Shown here one piece after another: positions 13,340 to 26,363 of a stretch of DNA of 64,000 nucleotides (positions within the stretch are counted from its first letter, which is position 1; every line of letters starts with the position of its first letter). Under the pieces are notes generated by a model, which was not told the DNA's origin, ran no database searches, and saw only the letters and a list, made by a program, of their open reading frames with translations. This stretch comes from Eledone cirrhosa. Its lineage: Eukaryota. Where the stretch lies: the NCBI GenBank assembly GCA_964016885.1, contig OZ024741.1, positions 177,320,001 to 177,384,000 of the forward strand. The letters run 5' to 3'. The translations under genes and the position numbers were made by a program.

Positions 13340-14960
13340 ATATCAGGGTAATGCCGTGTATGGAGAGTTGCATACTGTATATGTTTGTGAGTCTTGTGTA
13401 GAGGGTGTTATCAATCACAGAGCACCTATTATTTTAGTGATTGTTTTTGTTTTCATCAACCATATTCGGGTTATTTTTAACTCGTTTTCCAGACATTTAG
13501 ATAATTCCTCCATTTGGAGGTTTCTCTTGGTGAGGCATTTATATTGTGCTGTAATTAAAAACATTTCAATATCTTCTTTTACTCCAGTGTTTTTTAACCT
13601 GTTTTGTTACCACTACTTGTTTACCCCGCCCGCTATTCATTCTTTTCTGATATTGGTCATACGGTGATCGTTTTTGGCTACTGTTTTAACATAACATTCT
13701 CGAGATCTGGTATCAATTTTATTTTTTTTGTTGTTTTTGTTAACTATTCTAGATCTTCATTTCCCTTGTAATTATCTGTTAAATCAGCTTCCATTTTGAA
13801 TTTGTTGCTTTCCTTTTAGATAGAAAACAATTTTGTTTTGCTTTATTCATGATTCATGGCTATTTGTATTACCGTTCCATTCTTCATCATTAGATTTTTT
13901 TGTAATTCTATTGTGGTTATTTTATAAGAGATTTCTTGTTGCGTTTTAATTCTTCTTCCTTGTGTTTGTTGTAGGTGTAATCTTTCTACACCTGGTTTTG
14001 GGTAGTGTATTATAAATATCGTTAATATTTTGCTTTTTTTCTGTCTAGTCCTGTTAGCTATTTAATGTCCTGTTCAAAATATAAAATTGCTGCTTATAAC
14101 TGGGGACGCTAGATTATCGCTTTTTCTTACGTTATACTTTGCTTTTTTTTTTGTTTTTAGCGGAAATCTAATCCGTCTATAGTATTTCTTTTAAACTCTT
14201 TCTTTCATCTGTGTGTGTTGAAATTATTTGTTTCTTACGTATTTGTACGCCTGTGTCTGATTTAATTATCTAATCTCACTTTTTTATCTAACGTGATATC
14301 ATAGTCGTTCGATAGTATTCCTCTCCTCTGGTTTGATATGGCACATTTATTTTCTAGTCGAAATTCCATATCTATTTCTTTTGTAGCAATGTTTGAAGTT
14401 GCCTTATCAGCTGCAGCGTAACACTTAGAACGTTCATCTATAGATTGAATTTCTTGCTAAAGCTTTTATACCCAAATCCAGTCCTGTTTGCTATCTTAGC
14501 TAATGGTATCAGTGCTAGGCAGAAATGGAATTGTGAACTGAAGGCCCCTTGAAATATCCCACATTTAATTGGGAAAGACTCATGTTTTGTACATCCATCT
14601 TTTGTTTCTATCAGCAGAACTTTTTTTCCATTTAATAACGACGTGTTTGTTGAATGTTTTTATTGTTGGCACTACTTTGTTTATGGTTTATTGTGTTTAT
14701 GTTTTATTATGTGGCAATGTATAGGGAAAACTATTGAAAACTTTCTGGTATTCAATCCATGCCATGCTGAGAGTTTTCTTCTTTTTCTATATTTTGTCCA
14801 TTTTGTGTAAATAGTTTGCGATTAATAATTGATCATTGCAGCCGCATGAGTCATTGCAACGTACTTTATCCTGGAAACAGATTGTTTTCTTTTCCAAGTG
14901 ATTACTTAGTGTCTGCGATATTATTACAGATGAGGTATTTTTGGTTGTAGAAGATTAGGT
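13340..14960 (-). mobile_element. Highly degenerate R4/Dong-like non-LTR fragments
   Basis: Minus-strand remnants DSCGCNDQLLI and TLSMAWIEY at ~14750-14855; boundaries uncertain. Confidence 0.5.
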
Positions 14961-15224
14961 ATTATGTCTTACATTGCAGTTCCTAATTTTCCAAGCTATG
15001 AGGTCAAATCGTATCGTGGTTGATATAGTTATATACCAGTCAAGTACTGACATCGATATATTCTAATTTCCTTTCCCCACAAAAATGGAGCACAAATGTG
15101 GTTCCAATGATAGAAAGGATATTATTATTTGAAACTTCCTTTGAATTCTGATTTTCCCATATCTTGTCAATGTCAACCCAAGGCAAATTTGGTAATACAC
15201 ACATTTTACAAACGTCATACAAAT

Positions 15225-15582
15225 AATTGTTTCTACTTTTGGCACAAGGCCAGCAATTATCTCAGTGCATTACTGGTACTTTATTTTGTCGTCCCTGTAA
15301 GGTTGACAGTCAACGTTAACTTCGGCGTAACACTATGCTGCAAAGCATGGCGTCCGACCGTCTACCAATTCTGCCAATCCACCATACAAATAATTGTTTC
15401 TACTTTTTGGCACAAGGCCAGCAAATACCCAGTGCATTACTGGTACTTTATTTTATAGACCCCGTAAGGATGAAAAGCAGAGTTAACCTCGGCGGGATTT
15501 GAACTCAGACTGGAAAGGGCAGTAACTCTATGCGTCAAAGCATGGCGTCCAACCCTCTACCGATACTGCCAATCCACCGCCA
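15225..15582 (-). mobile_element. Two tandem tRNA-derived SINE copies (first internally deleted)
   Basis: Same sequence as 25123-25496. The minus strand of the second copy has A box TGGCAGTATCGG and B box GAGTTCAAATCC. Confidence 0.85.
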
Positions 15583-15599
15583 ATGCCAAACAACAGTAA

Positions 15600-16285
15600 A
15601 TGTCTTTCCCGGTGTTTTTGTTTTTAATTGATAATGCCCTTCTCATGACATGTACAGTGCCAGTCACCACTATTTCGTTTTCTTTTTCAGGGATTGATTT
15701 CTAGGTATCTGGTACAAACAGTTTTCTGTTCCCTTTCTTATCATTCCAAGTACAGCTACTATCATTGGTATTGTACATAAACTAAGTTGCCACCTTTTCT
15801 CACCTTCAATTGATAGAATAATTATATTTACTGAGCTTTCTGAACTCCTTCTAGAAGTTACGACTAAGAAATGTGTTTATTTTTTTTTTTGTGTCCTTCA
15901 CAATTATATCAGGTCTTTTGGCATCGATTGTTTTGTCAGTGTTAACAGGAAAATCTCATAGAATTGCTACGTTTCCGCCTGCATATACTGCATCTGTGTG
16001 AGGGTTGTACAATTTCCCTTTGTTTTTATACAATAACACTTGCATTTTACCCAGTATAAATATTGGCTCAATCTATCACTTCGTTATATATTCCTGGGCT
16101 GCTAAACCTTTGTAGCCTGGGCTCAACATGTTCATCGCTTAACCGACATTTTTGGCCAGTTATCTTTTTGGTCTCATTGACTTGACAGTTGCGCATGAAA
16201 TGCCATTGGTCTTGTGCAACCAAAATGAAGCCCCCAATCTCTTCTTTTAGCCAAGAACGTTGCAGCCACTGATGGTTGACATCAG
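15600..16285 (-). mobile_element. Degenerate R4/Dong-like C-terminal (RLE) fragment
   Basis: GFILVAQDQ and IL*DFPVNTDKTIDAKRPDIIV on the minus strand. Confidence 0.7.
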
Positions 16286-16689
16286 AAAGTAGAAGGAGTA
16301 CTAATTAGAAGGTTAGACGCGGCACTTGATAAACTATCGGAACCAACGAACTTGCCCAGAGACCGGCCTTAGACCACTTCTTCAATGTTAAGCACCAAAT
16401 ACGTAAACCTAGACACGAGGGGACGAAAGACGTTCAATGGACGCCAGTGGCAGAGGCGCAGCGTAGAAAACAAAGTCACAATCCGATCTTTGGCGCATCC
16501 GGTTGGTTAATTCATTGGCCTGTTTTTTAAGGGTTTAAACGAGATGTTCACGTCGGGTTGCCCATGCCCTTGTTCGTTAATCTCTTTTTAATTGTTTAAA
16601 TCCACCCAGACCGACTATTTTGTTCAACATGTCGCTACCAAATAACTCTAAAAATGTGTTATTTTGTTTAGCTTCAAGGATAATATTGA

Positions 16690-17215
16690 TGTGCGGTTTT
16701 TCGCTCCGGAGGCAGCACAGCCAACTAAATATTCGAAATGCAACAGGTCTTTGAGATAGAATGGGAATATTGCCCAGCCGTTCATTCTTGTTTTGGAAAG
16801 CTCGAAAAGTTGAATGCCTGCGTTCCTCGGGACCTGCTGTGGAAGGCTCTGCAGGAGTATGGGATCGATCGTCAGCTTCTTGCTGCTCTAACGTCTCTAT
16901 ACGAATTCATAGAATTTGTGTTCGGATAAATCCCAGTAAATAGAAACCATTGAATGTGGGAGTCGGACTCTGGCAATGGTGCGATTTATCACTTCTCCTG
17001 TTCATCTTGCACATGATAGGTTTGATACCGAGTGCTGCATAGATCGAATGGAAATCAGTCTGCGAAAACTGAGATAGTCGCCCACTCGAGGAAGCCTGTG
17101 CTATGCACAATACATTTGAATGGAGTTCAATTGAAGCAGCTAGATAAGTTCAAGTATCTCGGGGCTGTGTTCACAATTGGTGGATGTAGGAGGCTGAATT
17201 AAATGCAAACATTGC
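16690..17215 (+). mobile_element. Degenerate RTE-clade LINE RT fragment
   Basis: WEY..VHSCF..LEK...VPRDLLWKALQEYGI, a GLxQxC.LSxLLF-like motif, and KFKYLG. Confidence 0.65.
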
Positions 17216-17402
17216 AGGGTGGTTAAGGATTTGTGGGGTTTGTCAGACGCCACTGTCTGGTATTACTCCTTTGTTTGGGTATTGTAATTATTGTAATTCT
17301 ATTGTTTATTCTTATTTGTCTATTGTATTTTCATCTATATATTGGTCCTTGAAGCTAATAAATAAATTAATAATTAAATAATAATAATAATAATAATAAT
17401 TA

Positions 17403-17457
<55 letters not shown>

Positions 17458-17699
17458 TTTTCTTTATTAACCACAAGGGTTTACATAAAGTAGACATTAA
17501 GGACAGTACAGGACAATACAGGACGGTACAAATGGGCATTTCTGCGTGTAAAAAAACAAAAACAGAGATGTAACAAAAAAATAACAATGACAAATTCCGC
17601 AATAGGGGGATTACTTCCGAGTGACATTTGTGGAGAAAGCCCATTAAAAGGCCACAGTGACCCTGACCACGAGGGCAAGTGCCCTCTCCCAGTTTTCCA

Positions 17700-20600
17700 C
17701 CTTTCACTCGGCCCATACTTGCTTTTCTCACCCATCTTTCAACAAAATGCTGGGAAGAGAGCACTTCCCTCTCCACCCTGATTTTCATTTTCAAATGAAA
17801 TTTGAAAAAGTTAATCAGGGCATTACCGAAGAGGTAAGTGCTCATCTTCAGCCCTTTCAAACGTGTCCACCATACTATCTCTTTCGCCATGGCCACCAGA
17901 CAGATAAAAACTGCCTGCCCTTCCCGGCTAAAGGAAGAGGGCGGGGCAATCATCATGATGAACTCAGCTGATAACTGGATCCGTCCTACACGTAGCAGCA
18001 GATGTTCGACATAAACCCACAAGTCAGCAATGCTCGGACACTGGACGAGTGCGTGCAGGACGGTTTCGTCGCCCTGCGCATATCTCGGACATGCCCGGCT
18101 GACGGCACCTCCATGCCCGTAGAGTTTATCCCGAACTGGCAAAGCTCCTCGGTAGCACTGCCAGGCCAGGGATATCTGGAAGTTGTTCATAGGCCCCGGC
18201 CCGAAAGTCCTTCCGAAGAGATTGGTTAGTTGATTTTCGTCGACGCCTAGAGTTTCTCCAAATACGTCGTCGCTCTTCCCTTCTAAGTAATCCTCTAAAG
18301 AACGCCAAGGTGGAGTTTCCACTGATCACATAGCCCGATTGGTAGAGGGCTGTGAGCACCTGAAGACATTCCAGTCTCCAAGCGCTCCCTCTCGGTCTTC
18401 GCTTGACCTAGGACTGCAGCTCCGTCAAGGAGACGAGCTGCGAAAAGACGCGTCTAGCAAACGGCGACCACACCTGATAACCGTCGAGGATGAGGTGGAG
18501 ATTTCGTAGCCTGAGCGCGTGTCTGCGCATCATCAGCCACGGCATTCCCAGCCCTCCACGTAGCGGGTGTTGACAGCAGATGGACCGCCAGACCATCGGA
18601 GCGCGTCCCTTCCACAAAAAGCGAAAGAGCAAACGCTCCAGCGCAGTCAAGCGGGGCTTAGGACAAGGTATGACGGTCAGGCGGTAGTAGATGACGGAAG
18701 CGATGTACGCGTTAGCCACCTCCGCTCGACCTTTCAGGGATAGCTTCCACTCCGCCAATTTCTGGGTGAGAGAAGCCACCCTGCTCGTCACCTCGCCCCA
18801 GTTTTTGTCCGTCCAAACCAGACCCCTAGCAATTTAACCGGTCCGTCCGTCCAGCGCCCGACGACGCTGTTGGACGGCATGGACCTGCCTCTCCAGGAGC
18901 CGAGCTGCAGACCCACTGACATTTCCTGGTTGATCATTCCTACTGTCACCGCTTCGTATTCTCTTAGTCTAGTGCCCATCGCCTCGATATGTTTGGCGTT
19001 CGACACCACTACGGTGACATCGTCCGCATATGCTGACACGGATCTTCCGCATCCTAGTTCGCGCTGGACCCCCCTCAACGTCAACACTTGGTGCAGTAAT
19101 GGCTCGAGAGTCAATACGTACAATAGGGACGAGAGGGGACATCCTTGATGGACCGAGCGCATGATGTTGTACGGTTCCGAAAGGTGACCGTTCACTCTCA
19201 CTACAGAGCAGATGTCGCTGTGCATGGCAGCGATCCAGCCTCTGAAGTCGGGCCCAAAGCCAGCCGCATTCAGGACAGCCGCTAGGTAATGATGGTTGAC
19301 CCTATCGAAAGCTTTCGGCTGATCTAAATTGATCGAGGACCTACCCATGCCAGGTTCCCTAGCTACCATTTCTACGATGTATCGCATGAGATGGAGGTTG
19401 TCGTGGATGGATCTGTCAGCAATGGCGCATGTCTGTGCCTCTCCCACCACACCACCAACGACAAGCGCCAACCTCTTTGCTAGCACCTTGGCCAAAGTCT
19501 TGAACTCTGTGTTTAGCGGAGCTATGGCCCTGGAATTATCTATGTTATCCCCCTTGTTCGGATCCTTTCTCGGCAGCCCCACAGCTCCTCGGCTCACAGA
19601 GCTGCGAATTCTCCCGTTCTGTTGCCAGTTGCAGTAGACGTCCGCCAAGAGGCCTCCGAACAAGTGTGGCATGTGTACGTAACGTTCATAGGGCAGACCA
19701 TCCAAAGCAGGCGATTTAGCCCTTGTGCAGCCAGTCATTGCCTCCCGTACTTCAGCGGCTGTTATCGGCTTTTCGCAACACTCCGCCTCAGTGGCCCAGA
19801 GCTGCGGCAGTCCACCGAGGTAGACACTAAAGTCTATCCCTCGATCCGGCCCGCCGCTGCCCCCGAACAGCTGTGCGAAGTGTCGCTGAAAAACTTCACA
19901 CATTTGCCCGGGATCGAGTAGCATGCGGCCGTCGTGGTCCACCAAAGACCAGATCGTGGCCTTGTTGCCACGACGCGCCTCCGCCACTCTGGCCCATTGA
20001 ACGGCTTTCATCACCTCGTGTCTGTGAGCACACACCATAGCTCTGACAACGCAGCCTTCGTGCTTTGCATTGAAGAATTGGTCAAAGGCCAATTGCGCCT
20101 CAAGTTCGTCGGTCGCGATGCCTTTGATAAGCGCCTCGTTTAATTTTTTAACTAGTTCTTCCTCTGCTCTATTTTTCTCTATTGCTAAAGCCTTACTAAA
20201 CCTAATGGACTCTATTCTAATTGCGCTTTTCAGAGCAAACGACCACTTGTTGTTGACGATGGCCCCCGTCAACGCCCGCTTAACTAGTTCGCTAATCCGG
20301 TGTCTGTAGGCCATGCGTGCTGGTAAGGATGCGTTTAGCTTCCAGCAGCCGGGTCCTCGTCTATGAAGCCAATCTAATTCAAGCACAGAGATCACGAATT
20401 TGTGGTCCGTGTAGCTGACTATCTTGAATTGTGGACAGCCTATGCTGGACCTATCTATTTCCCTACAAAATACTCTATCTAGATATGATCTGGATGACCC
20501 TATGCGATTTGTCCAAGTCCACATTGGCACATTCGGGAAATACAATCGGTACCTGTCAGATAGTTCAAAACGCCTGAGCAGGTTGATTAGGCTCTTGCAC

Positions 20601-21076
20601 CCTCATCCCCTATCCGCTAATCCCACACAGCCCCAGGGTTCTTCTAAGATACCGTTCCAGTCGCCCACTAACACTAAAGAGCGGCACGTTCCAAGAAAGG
20701 TCTCCAGACGCCGGAAGAAATCAGGCCGCCCAGCTCCTGTCGGGGCATAGACCGCCACTAGCCTGAAAGTTGCCCGTTTCCGCTGGTCACGTCCAGCACC
20801 ACCAACTTACCTTCTGGGTCGAAGAAGATGGCCCGCATGGCGTGATCCAAACCGAAAAAGCACAGCAACTCCTCCCCCCGATCCATGACGGCTGGGAGAT
20901 GCGTACATATCGTAGCCGCCGAAGATCGGTGCGAAGGCCCCTACTTCGGAGATTCTGGTCTCGATGATGGCCACTACATCTATGTTTAGAGACCTGAGGT
21001 CCTTGAGCAGGTGGCCTTGCTTCCATGACGACCCCAAACCACGCGCATTTATGCTGCCTATTCTGAGTGAGATCAT
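17700..21076 (-). pseudogene. Tx1 ORF2 (AP endonuclease + RT + zinc finger), disrupted
   Basis: GSINARGL, YLDRVF, TDHK, KSPALDGLPYE, KAFDRVNH, HQGCPLS, AYADD, ETVLHALVQC spread across several frames. Confidence 0.92.
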
Positions 21077-21110
21077 GTTGAAATGGAGTGGAAAAGATTT
21101 GAAAGACCAC

Positions 21111-22884
21111 TCACCTTACTTCTCGTAGAGGAAGGATGATTTATCCATCCTTTTCACTGCTTATGGCCTCCTCCGGAAGGATGTCCTTATAAATCCTCCC
21201 GGAGAGTGCTTGTCGGAAATCTCCGATGTCTTTGGGGAATTTTTGTTTTAGTGTCGTGTACATTTTCTGTGTGATGCGAGTGATTTGTATGTGTGGAGGT
21301 GGTGTGAACTTTTGGGTTGTTGTGTAGTCTTTTTCTGTGATGCTGGTGTTGTGTTGGATGTAGTGTAATAATTGGTTGTTGTTCAAATTTAATGTTGGTG
21401 TTTGTTGTGATGGGGTTGGTGATGCTGGCGTGGATGGTGGCACAGCTGTCCTAACTTTTCTGTTTGATAGTTTATTTGTTTCCCTCTGTATTTTGTTTTT
21501 GGAGTGGGAAGGAAGAGATTTTTTTCTTTTTTGGCTTTTTGTTTTTTTCTTTTTTCCTGATACCGTTTCCGACTCCTCGTTCTCACAATCTCTCCCCAGT
21601 TGCGATAGGTGGAGGAGTGGAAAATTCTCCACAGGCGTTGGTTTTGGTTGTGGCATGGTGGATGGTGTAGGCGCTGGTGCTAGATCTGGTGCGTTGGGTG
21701 GTGGTAGTGTTGGTTTTGCTACTGTTGATGCGGTTGTTGCTGTTACAGTTGCTTCTTTTGTATCTGCTACAGTTGTTGCTGCCATTTCTGCTGCTAGTGG
21801 TGTTGATGGTTGAGTCAATCTTTTATTCTGAGGGCTGTAAGCCCTTAGGTGGGTTCCTTCACCACAAACGACACACCTAGGCCTTCTGCCCTCGACGATT
21901 ACTGTGAGGTGACTGACATCAGTGAGGTCTATTACCTCTGGGATCTCCTCAATGCTTTTTTGGTCCGCTTGGATCAGGAGCTCCATCCCTGATCCGGACC
22001 AGTTCTCCTGCTTTTCTTTCGCTATTTCGATTATCTTCGTGTTGGCCTCGATGCCGGCGAGGACGGCAGCCATTAGACAGGGAATGTCGATGGCCGGTAG
22101 AACGTGGGTCACCCTGATTTTCACGAGTCTCTGACCACAATAGCTTGGGACAAGTGTGAAGTCGTCACTTCTTAATGGGGCCATGGAGTGTTATCTGGCC
22201 TCCTGTGGTATTCCAAACAACACGTCCACGGTTCCATATTTCTGCCCACGTCTGATGAGGGTTTTTTTTGCGCACACATGTCCCAAAGCTTTTTGGATTG
22301 GGACGCGGATGTCCGTTCCACTCGGCGCGATTTTATGTTAATCGTCCGATAAGGCACTGTGCATAGGCGCCGATGGTCCATTTTATTTGGTGTGTGGGTG
22401 GAGGGGCTGACACTGAACCCATCTTTCTTTACCATTCTCTTGGCGTCATCTAATTCCTCCTGAGTTACCTGGATTGTTTCGCATTTTTTGGCTGCCTTCG
22501 CAAAAGACACGATGTTATTCTCATTGTTGTTGTTGTTGTTGTTGTTATTGTTATTTTTCTTATTGTTATTATTAGTTTCAGTTGTGGTGGTGGTGGCGTC
22601 ATTGGTGTTCGGTGTCGAAGAGTCCATTCTGGGTGAATCCATTTCGATGTCACGAGACAATTTATTTTTTCTTTTGTTTCTGTTGTCGCTGTGGTGGTGT
22701 TGGGGATGGCGGCTTCAACACCTGCAGTCATTGGTAATGTCGGGAAATGAATGTCTGCATGAGACAAATTTAAAATATTGCTACAGCTTATATTTTTAGT
22801 TTTGGCAAACGTAGTAATATTTACAATGGTGGTGTCGGTGTGAGGTGTTAGTTTGTGAGCAAGGTGTGATTGAGAGTCGTCCAT
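21111..22884 (-). pseudogene. Tx1 ORF1 (gag-like, zinc knuckle, Pro/Thr-rich), disrupted
   Basis: RRPRCVVCGEGTHLRAY; collinear with ORF1 of copy A2. Confidence 0.85.
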
Positions 22885-23129
22885 GATTTTTCAAAGAAAT
22901 TTTTCTCTGATAATTATAAAAGTTTAAAAGTTGGGCTCAAGGCCCCAATCCTTTTTAGGATGTACGTGCACTTAGGTACAGTTAACAATAAACATTTTCC
23001 ATAAACAGCAATTTTAAACAACTGAAAACAACAAAACTTTGCGGAGCTCACGATAATACGATTTCCTACGAAGGTAGCCAATAATAATAATAATAATAAT
23101 AATCATAATAATAATAATAGTAATAATAA

Positions 23130-25105
23130 TCCCTGAGGCGGAACAAACTAACACATTCTGGAGAGGAATATGGGAGCAGGATGTTAAACATATTGACCAG
23201 GCAGTGTGGATTGAGACAGTACAAAAGGAGATTAGTGGACAGGCACACCAACAAACGGATTTGAGTATCACAGTTGAAACTCTTAAGGGGCAGGGAAAAA
23301 AACTAACCAACTGGAAATCACCAGGTCCAGATGGTGTGCAGGGGTATTGGATTAAAAATATAACATCCCTCCACCCGAAACTGACAACCATGTTCAATGA
23401 CTGCTTGATGCCAGGTGAGGTACCAGAGTGGTTGACAAAAGGTACGACAGTTCTGGTAATGAAAGACCGAATCAAGGGTAATGATGTTACCCACTATAGA
23501 CCTATCACATGTCTGTCCGTAATGTGGAAACTGTTGACAATCATTATGTCTGAGGAAATCTACCATCACCTCCACACAAACAACTTGTTACAGGACGAAC
23601 AGAAAGGAAGCCGAAAGAAGTCCCGCGGTACAAAGGACCAGTTACTTATTGATAAGATGGTAATGAGGAATTGCAAGAGGAGACACACTGGTCTTGCCAT
23701 GGGATGGATAGACTACAAAATGGCATTTGAAAGGGTGCCTCATTCATGGATCACCAAAACCTAGAGATCTCCAAGGTGGCAGATAACATCAGACAGTTGT
23801 TGGACAAAAGTATGAAGTCCTGGAAAACAGAGTTAACATCAGCTTGGGTGGCGTGAAGATCAAGAGAGGTATCTGCAAGGTAGATAGCCTGTCCTCTCTG
23901 TTATTTGTACTTCCCCTGATACCCCTGACCATTATACTGCGAAAAGTGAGAGCAGGATACAGTTTGGGAAAGGGGGAGCTTACCATCAATCACCTCCTCT
24001 TCATGGACGATCTTAAGCTCTTCGGGAAGAGTGAGAAGGAGTTGAATGTGCTTGTTGACACTGTCCGTATTTTCAGCAATGATATATGTATGCAATTTGG
24101 TATTAGTAAGTGTGGAGTCCTTGTGATGAAGAGGGGTAAATTGAGCAGAAGCAACGGAATCCAGGTACCAACATGTGAGAAGATAAAGGAAATTGACACT
24201 GAAGAGGGATACAAGTATTTGGGTATTCTGGAAGCTGATGACATCAAGAATAAAAAAAATGAAGGAATTGATAAGATGTGAATACATTCGGAGAGTAAGG
24301 AGCGTATTAAAGTCACACCTGAACAGTAGGAATGCCATAAGTGTATTAAATTCCCGAGCTGTGTCTATTATTAGATACAGTGCGGGAATTCTGAGATGGA
24401 ATGTTGCTGAACAAAAAGAAATGGATAGGAAGACTAGGAAGCTATTGACTATCTACAACATGTTCTACAATAGGAGTGATGTCGATAGACTCTACTTAAG
24501 GAGATCTGAAGGTGGAAGAGGTCTTATCAGCATAGAGGACTGTGTTCAGATGGAGAAAAACAATCTACACAAATACGTGACTGATAGTAAGGAGTCAATG
24601 CTCAGAATTGAACTGAAGGAGAGGTAAATAGACCAGGGGATGTACAAGGAGGAAATAACAACAAGGAGAAAGAGCAGCCTTCATGAAAAATCCCTTCATA
24701 GTACCTTCTTTGAGAAAGCTGAGTTCAGAGATCCACAGACATGGAACTGGTTGAAAAGAGGAGACCTTAAAAAGACTACAGAAGGAATGCTAATGGCTGC
24801 GCAAGAGCAGGCCCTCAAAACGAAGTGGTTGAAACACCATATTTACAAGGTGGGGTCTATCCCACTGTGCAGGATCTGTGGAGAGAGAGAGGAGACTGTG
24901 GCTCACATTGTATCCGAGTGTAAACACCTAGCCCAGACTCACTATAAGAGCATGGCATGATGTGATGGACAGGGTGATCCACTGGCCTCTATGCAAAGTA
25001 AACAATTTACTACATTCTGAGAAGTGGTATGAGCATAAACAGAGTCGGTGAAGGTGTTGTGGGATTTTAGGATACAGACGGACATGAAACTGAGACTCAC
25101 AGAAC
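23130..25105 (+). mobile_element. R4/Dong-like RLE non-LTR element D1, 5'-truncated, RLE domain deleted, in (AAT)n
   Basis: [72 protein letters not shown]. 3' end matches 29645-29662. Confidence 0.92.
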
Positions 25106-25122
25106 AATAATAATAATAATAA

Positions 25123-25496
25123 TTGTTTCTACTTTAGGCACTAGGCTAGTAATTACCCAGTGCATTACTGGTACTTTATTTTTTATCGACCCCGTAAGGA
25201 TGAAAGGCAAAGTCAACCTCGGCGGGATTTGAACTCAGATCGTAAAGGGACGTAACTATGCTGGAAAGCATGGCGTCCGACCCTCTACCGATACTGCCAA
25301 TCCACCGCCCTTGTTTCTACTTTAGGCACAAGGCCAGCAATTACCCAGTGCATTACTGGTACTTTATTTTATCGACCCCATAAGGATGAAAGGCAAAGTC
25401 AACCTCGGCAAGATTTGACCTCAGATCGTAAAGGGACGTAACTATGCTGGAAAGCATGGCGTCCGACCCTCTACCGGTACTGCCAATCCACCGCCC
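25123..25496 (-). mobile_element. Two tandem tRNA-derived SINEs
   Basis: Each ~187 bp: GGGCGGTGGATTGGCAGTA head with Pol III A/B boxes, central TTGCCTTTCATCCTTA.GGGGTCGATAAAA domain, 3' CCT(T/A)GTGCCTAAAGTAGAAACAA. Confidence 0.9.
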
Positions 25497-25522
25497 TTTA
25501 TATATATAATAATAATAATAAT

Positions 25523-26362
25523 GATTTCTTTAATGACCACAAGTACTGACATCAATAAAAACATTACAGACGGCACAGGACGGTACAGGACGGTACGATG
25601 TGGGTTTTGTGCGTGTAAAGATTTTTATTATTTCTATAAGAAAAAGAAAAAAGAGACATAGAAACATATATATATATAAACAATAAAAATGAAAACTGAA
25701 ACAAAGAAAAATTCCCCGATAGGGGGGAAACCTCCGAGGGTTACTCGTGGCCAAAACCACACAAAAGACCACGGCCACCCTGAGCACCAGGGCATGCGCC
25801 CACTCTTAATTTTTCCATTTCTGAGACTACAGCCGTATATTCAGGGCGGTCCCGTTCACTCGGACCATTCTCGCTACATTCACCCACCTTTCAACAAACG
25901 TGCTAGAATGCAGCACTTGCCTTTCCACCCTGATTTTCCTCGTCAAGTGAAACTTGAAAAAGTTAATTAGGGATAAAGCCGAAGAGGAAAGTGTCTGTCT
26001 TTAACCCTTTCAACCTTGTCCACCACACAATCTCTTTGGCCATGGCCACCAGGCAGATGAAAACCGACTGCCCTTCCTCCTCGAAAGAAGACGGCGAGAC
26101 CATCTGCACAATGGACTCAGTCGATAACCGGATCAGTCCTACACGCGACAGCAACTGTTCGACATAGCTCAACAAGACAGCAATGCTCGGGCACTGAACG
26201 AGTGCGTGCAACATGGTTTCGTCGCTTTGCGCACATCTCGGACAGTCTCTGCTGACAGCACTTCCGTGCCTGTAAAGCTTATCTCGATCTGGCAACGCTC
26301 CCCAGTAGTACTGCCAGGCCAGGGATTTTTAAAAGTTATCCATAGGCCCTGGGCTGAAAGTT
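25523..26362 (-). mobile_element. Tx1 family B 3' fragment
   Basis: RDCPRCAQSDETMLHALVQC, KEIVWWTRLK; 3' UTR ends at (AAT)n. Confidence 0.9.
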
Positions 26363-26363
26363 C

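Larger units (their letters stand above)
17457..23080 (-). mobile_element. Tx1/L1-clade LINE family A, copy A1 (full length, frameshifted), flanked by (AAT)n on both sides
   Basis: ORF1 with zinc knuckle; ORF2 with APE, RT and C-terminal cysteine motif. 5' and 3' ends match copy A2. Confidence 0.93.

Noticed and set aside
18870-20750. Long antisense ORFs overlapping Tx1 and Dong ORFs
   Set aside because: Shadow frames of the real coding strand with no motifs; not consistently preserved across copies.
25123-25496. Possible tRNA genes or CRISPR-like repeats
   Set aside because: A/B boxes are followed by a SINE body and tail; no full cloverleaf, no spacers, eukaryotic context.
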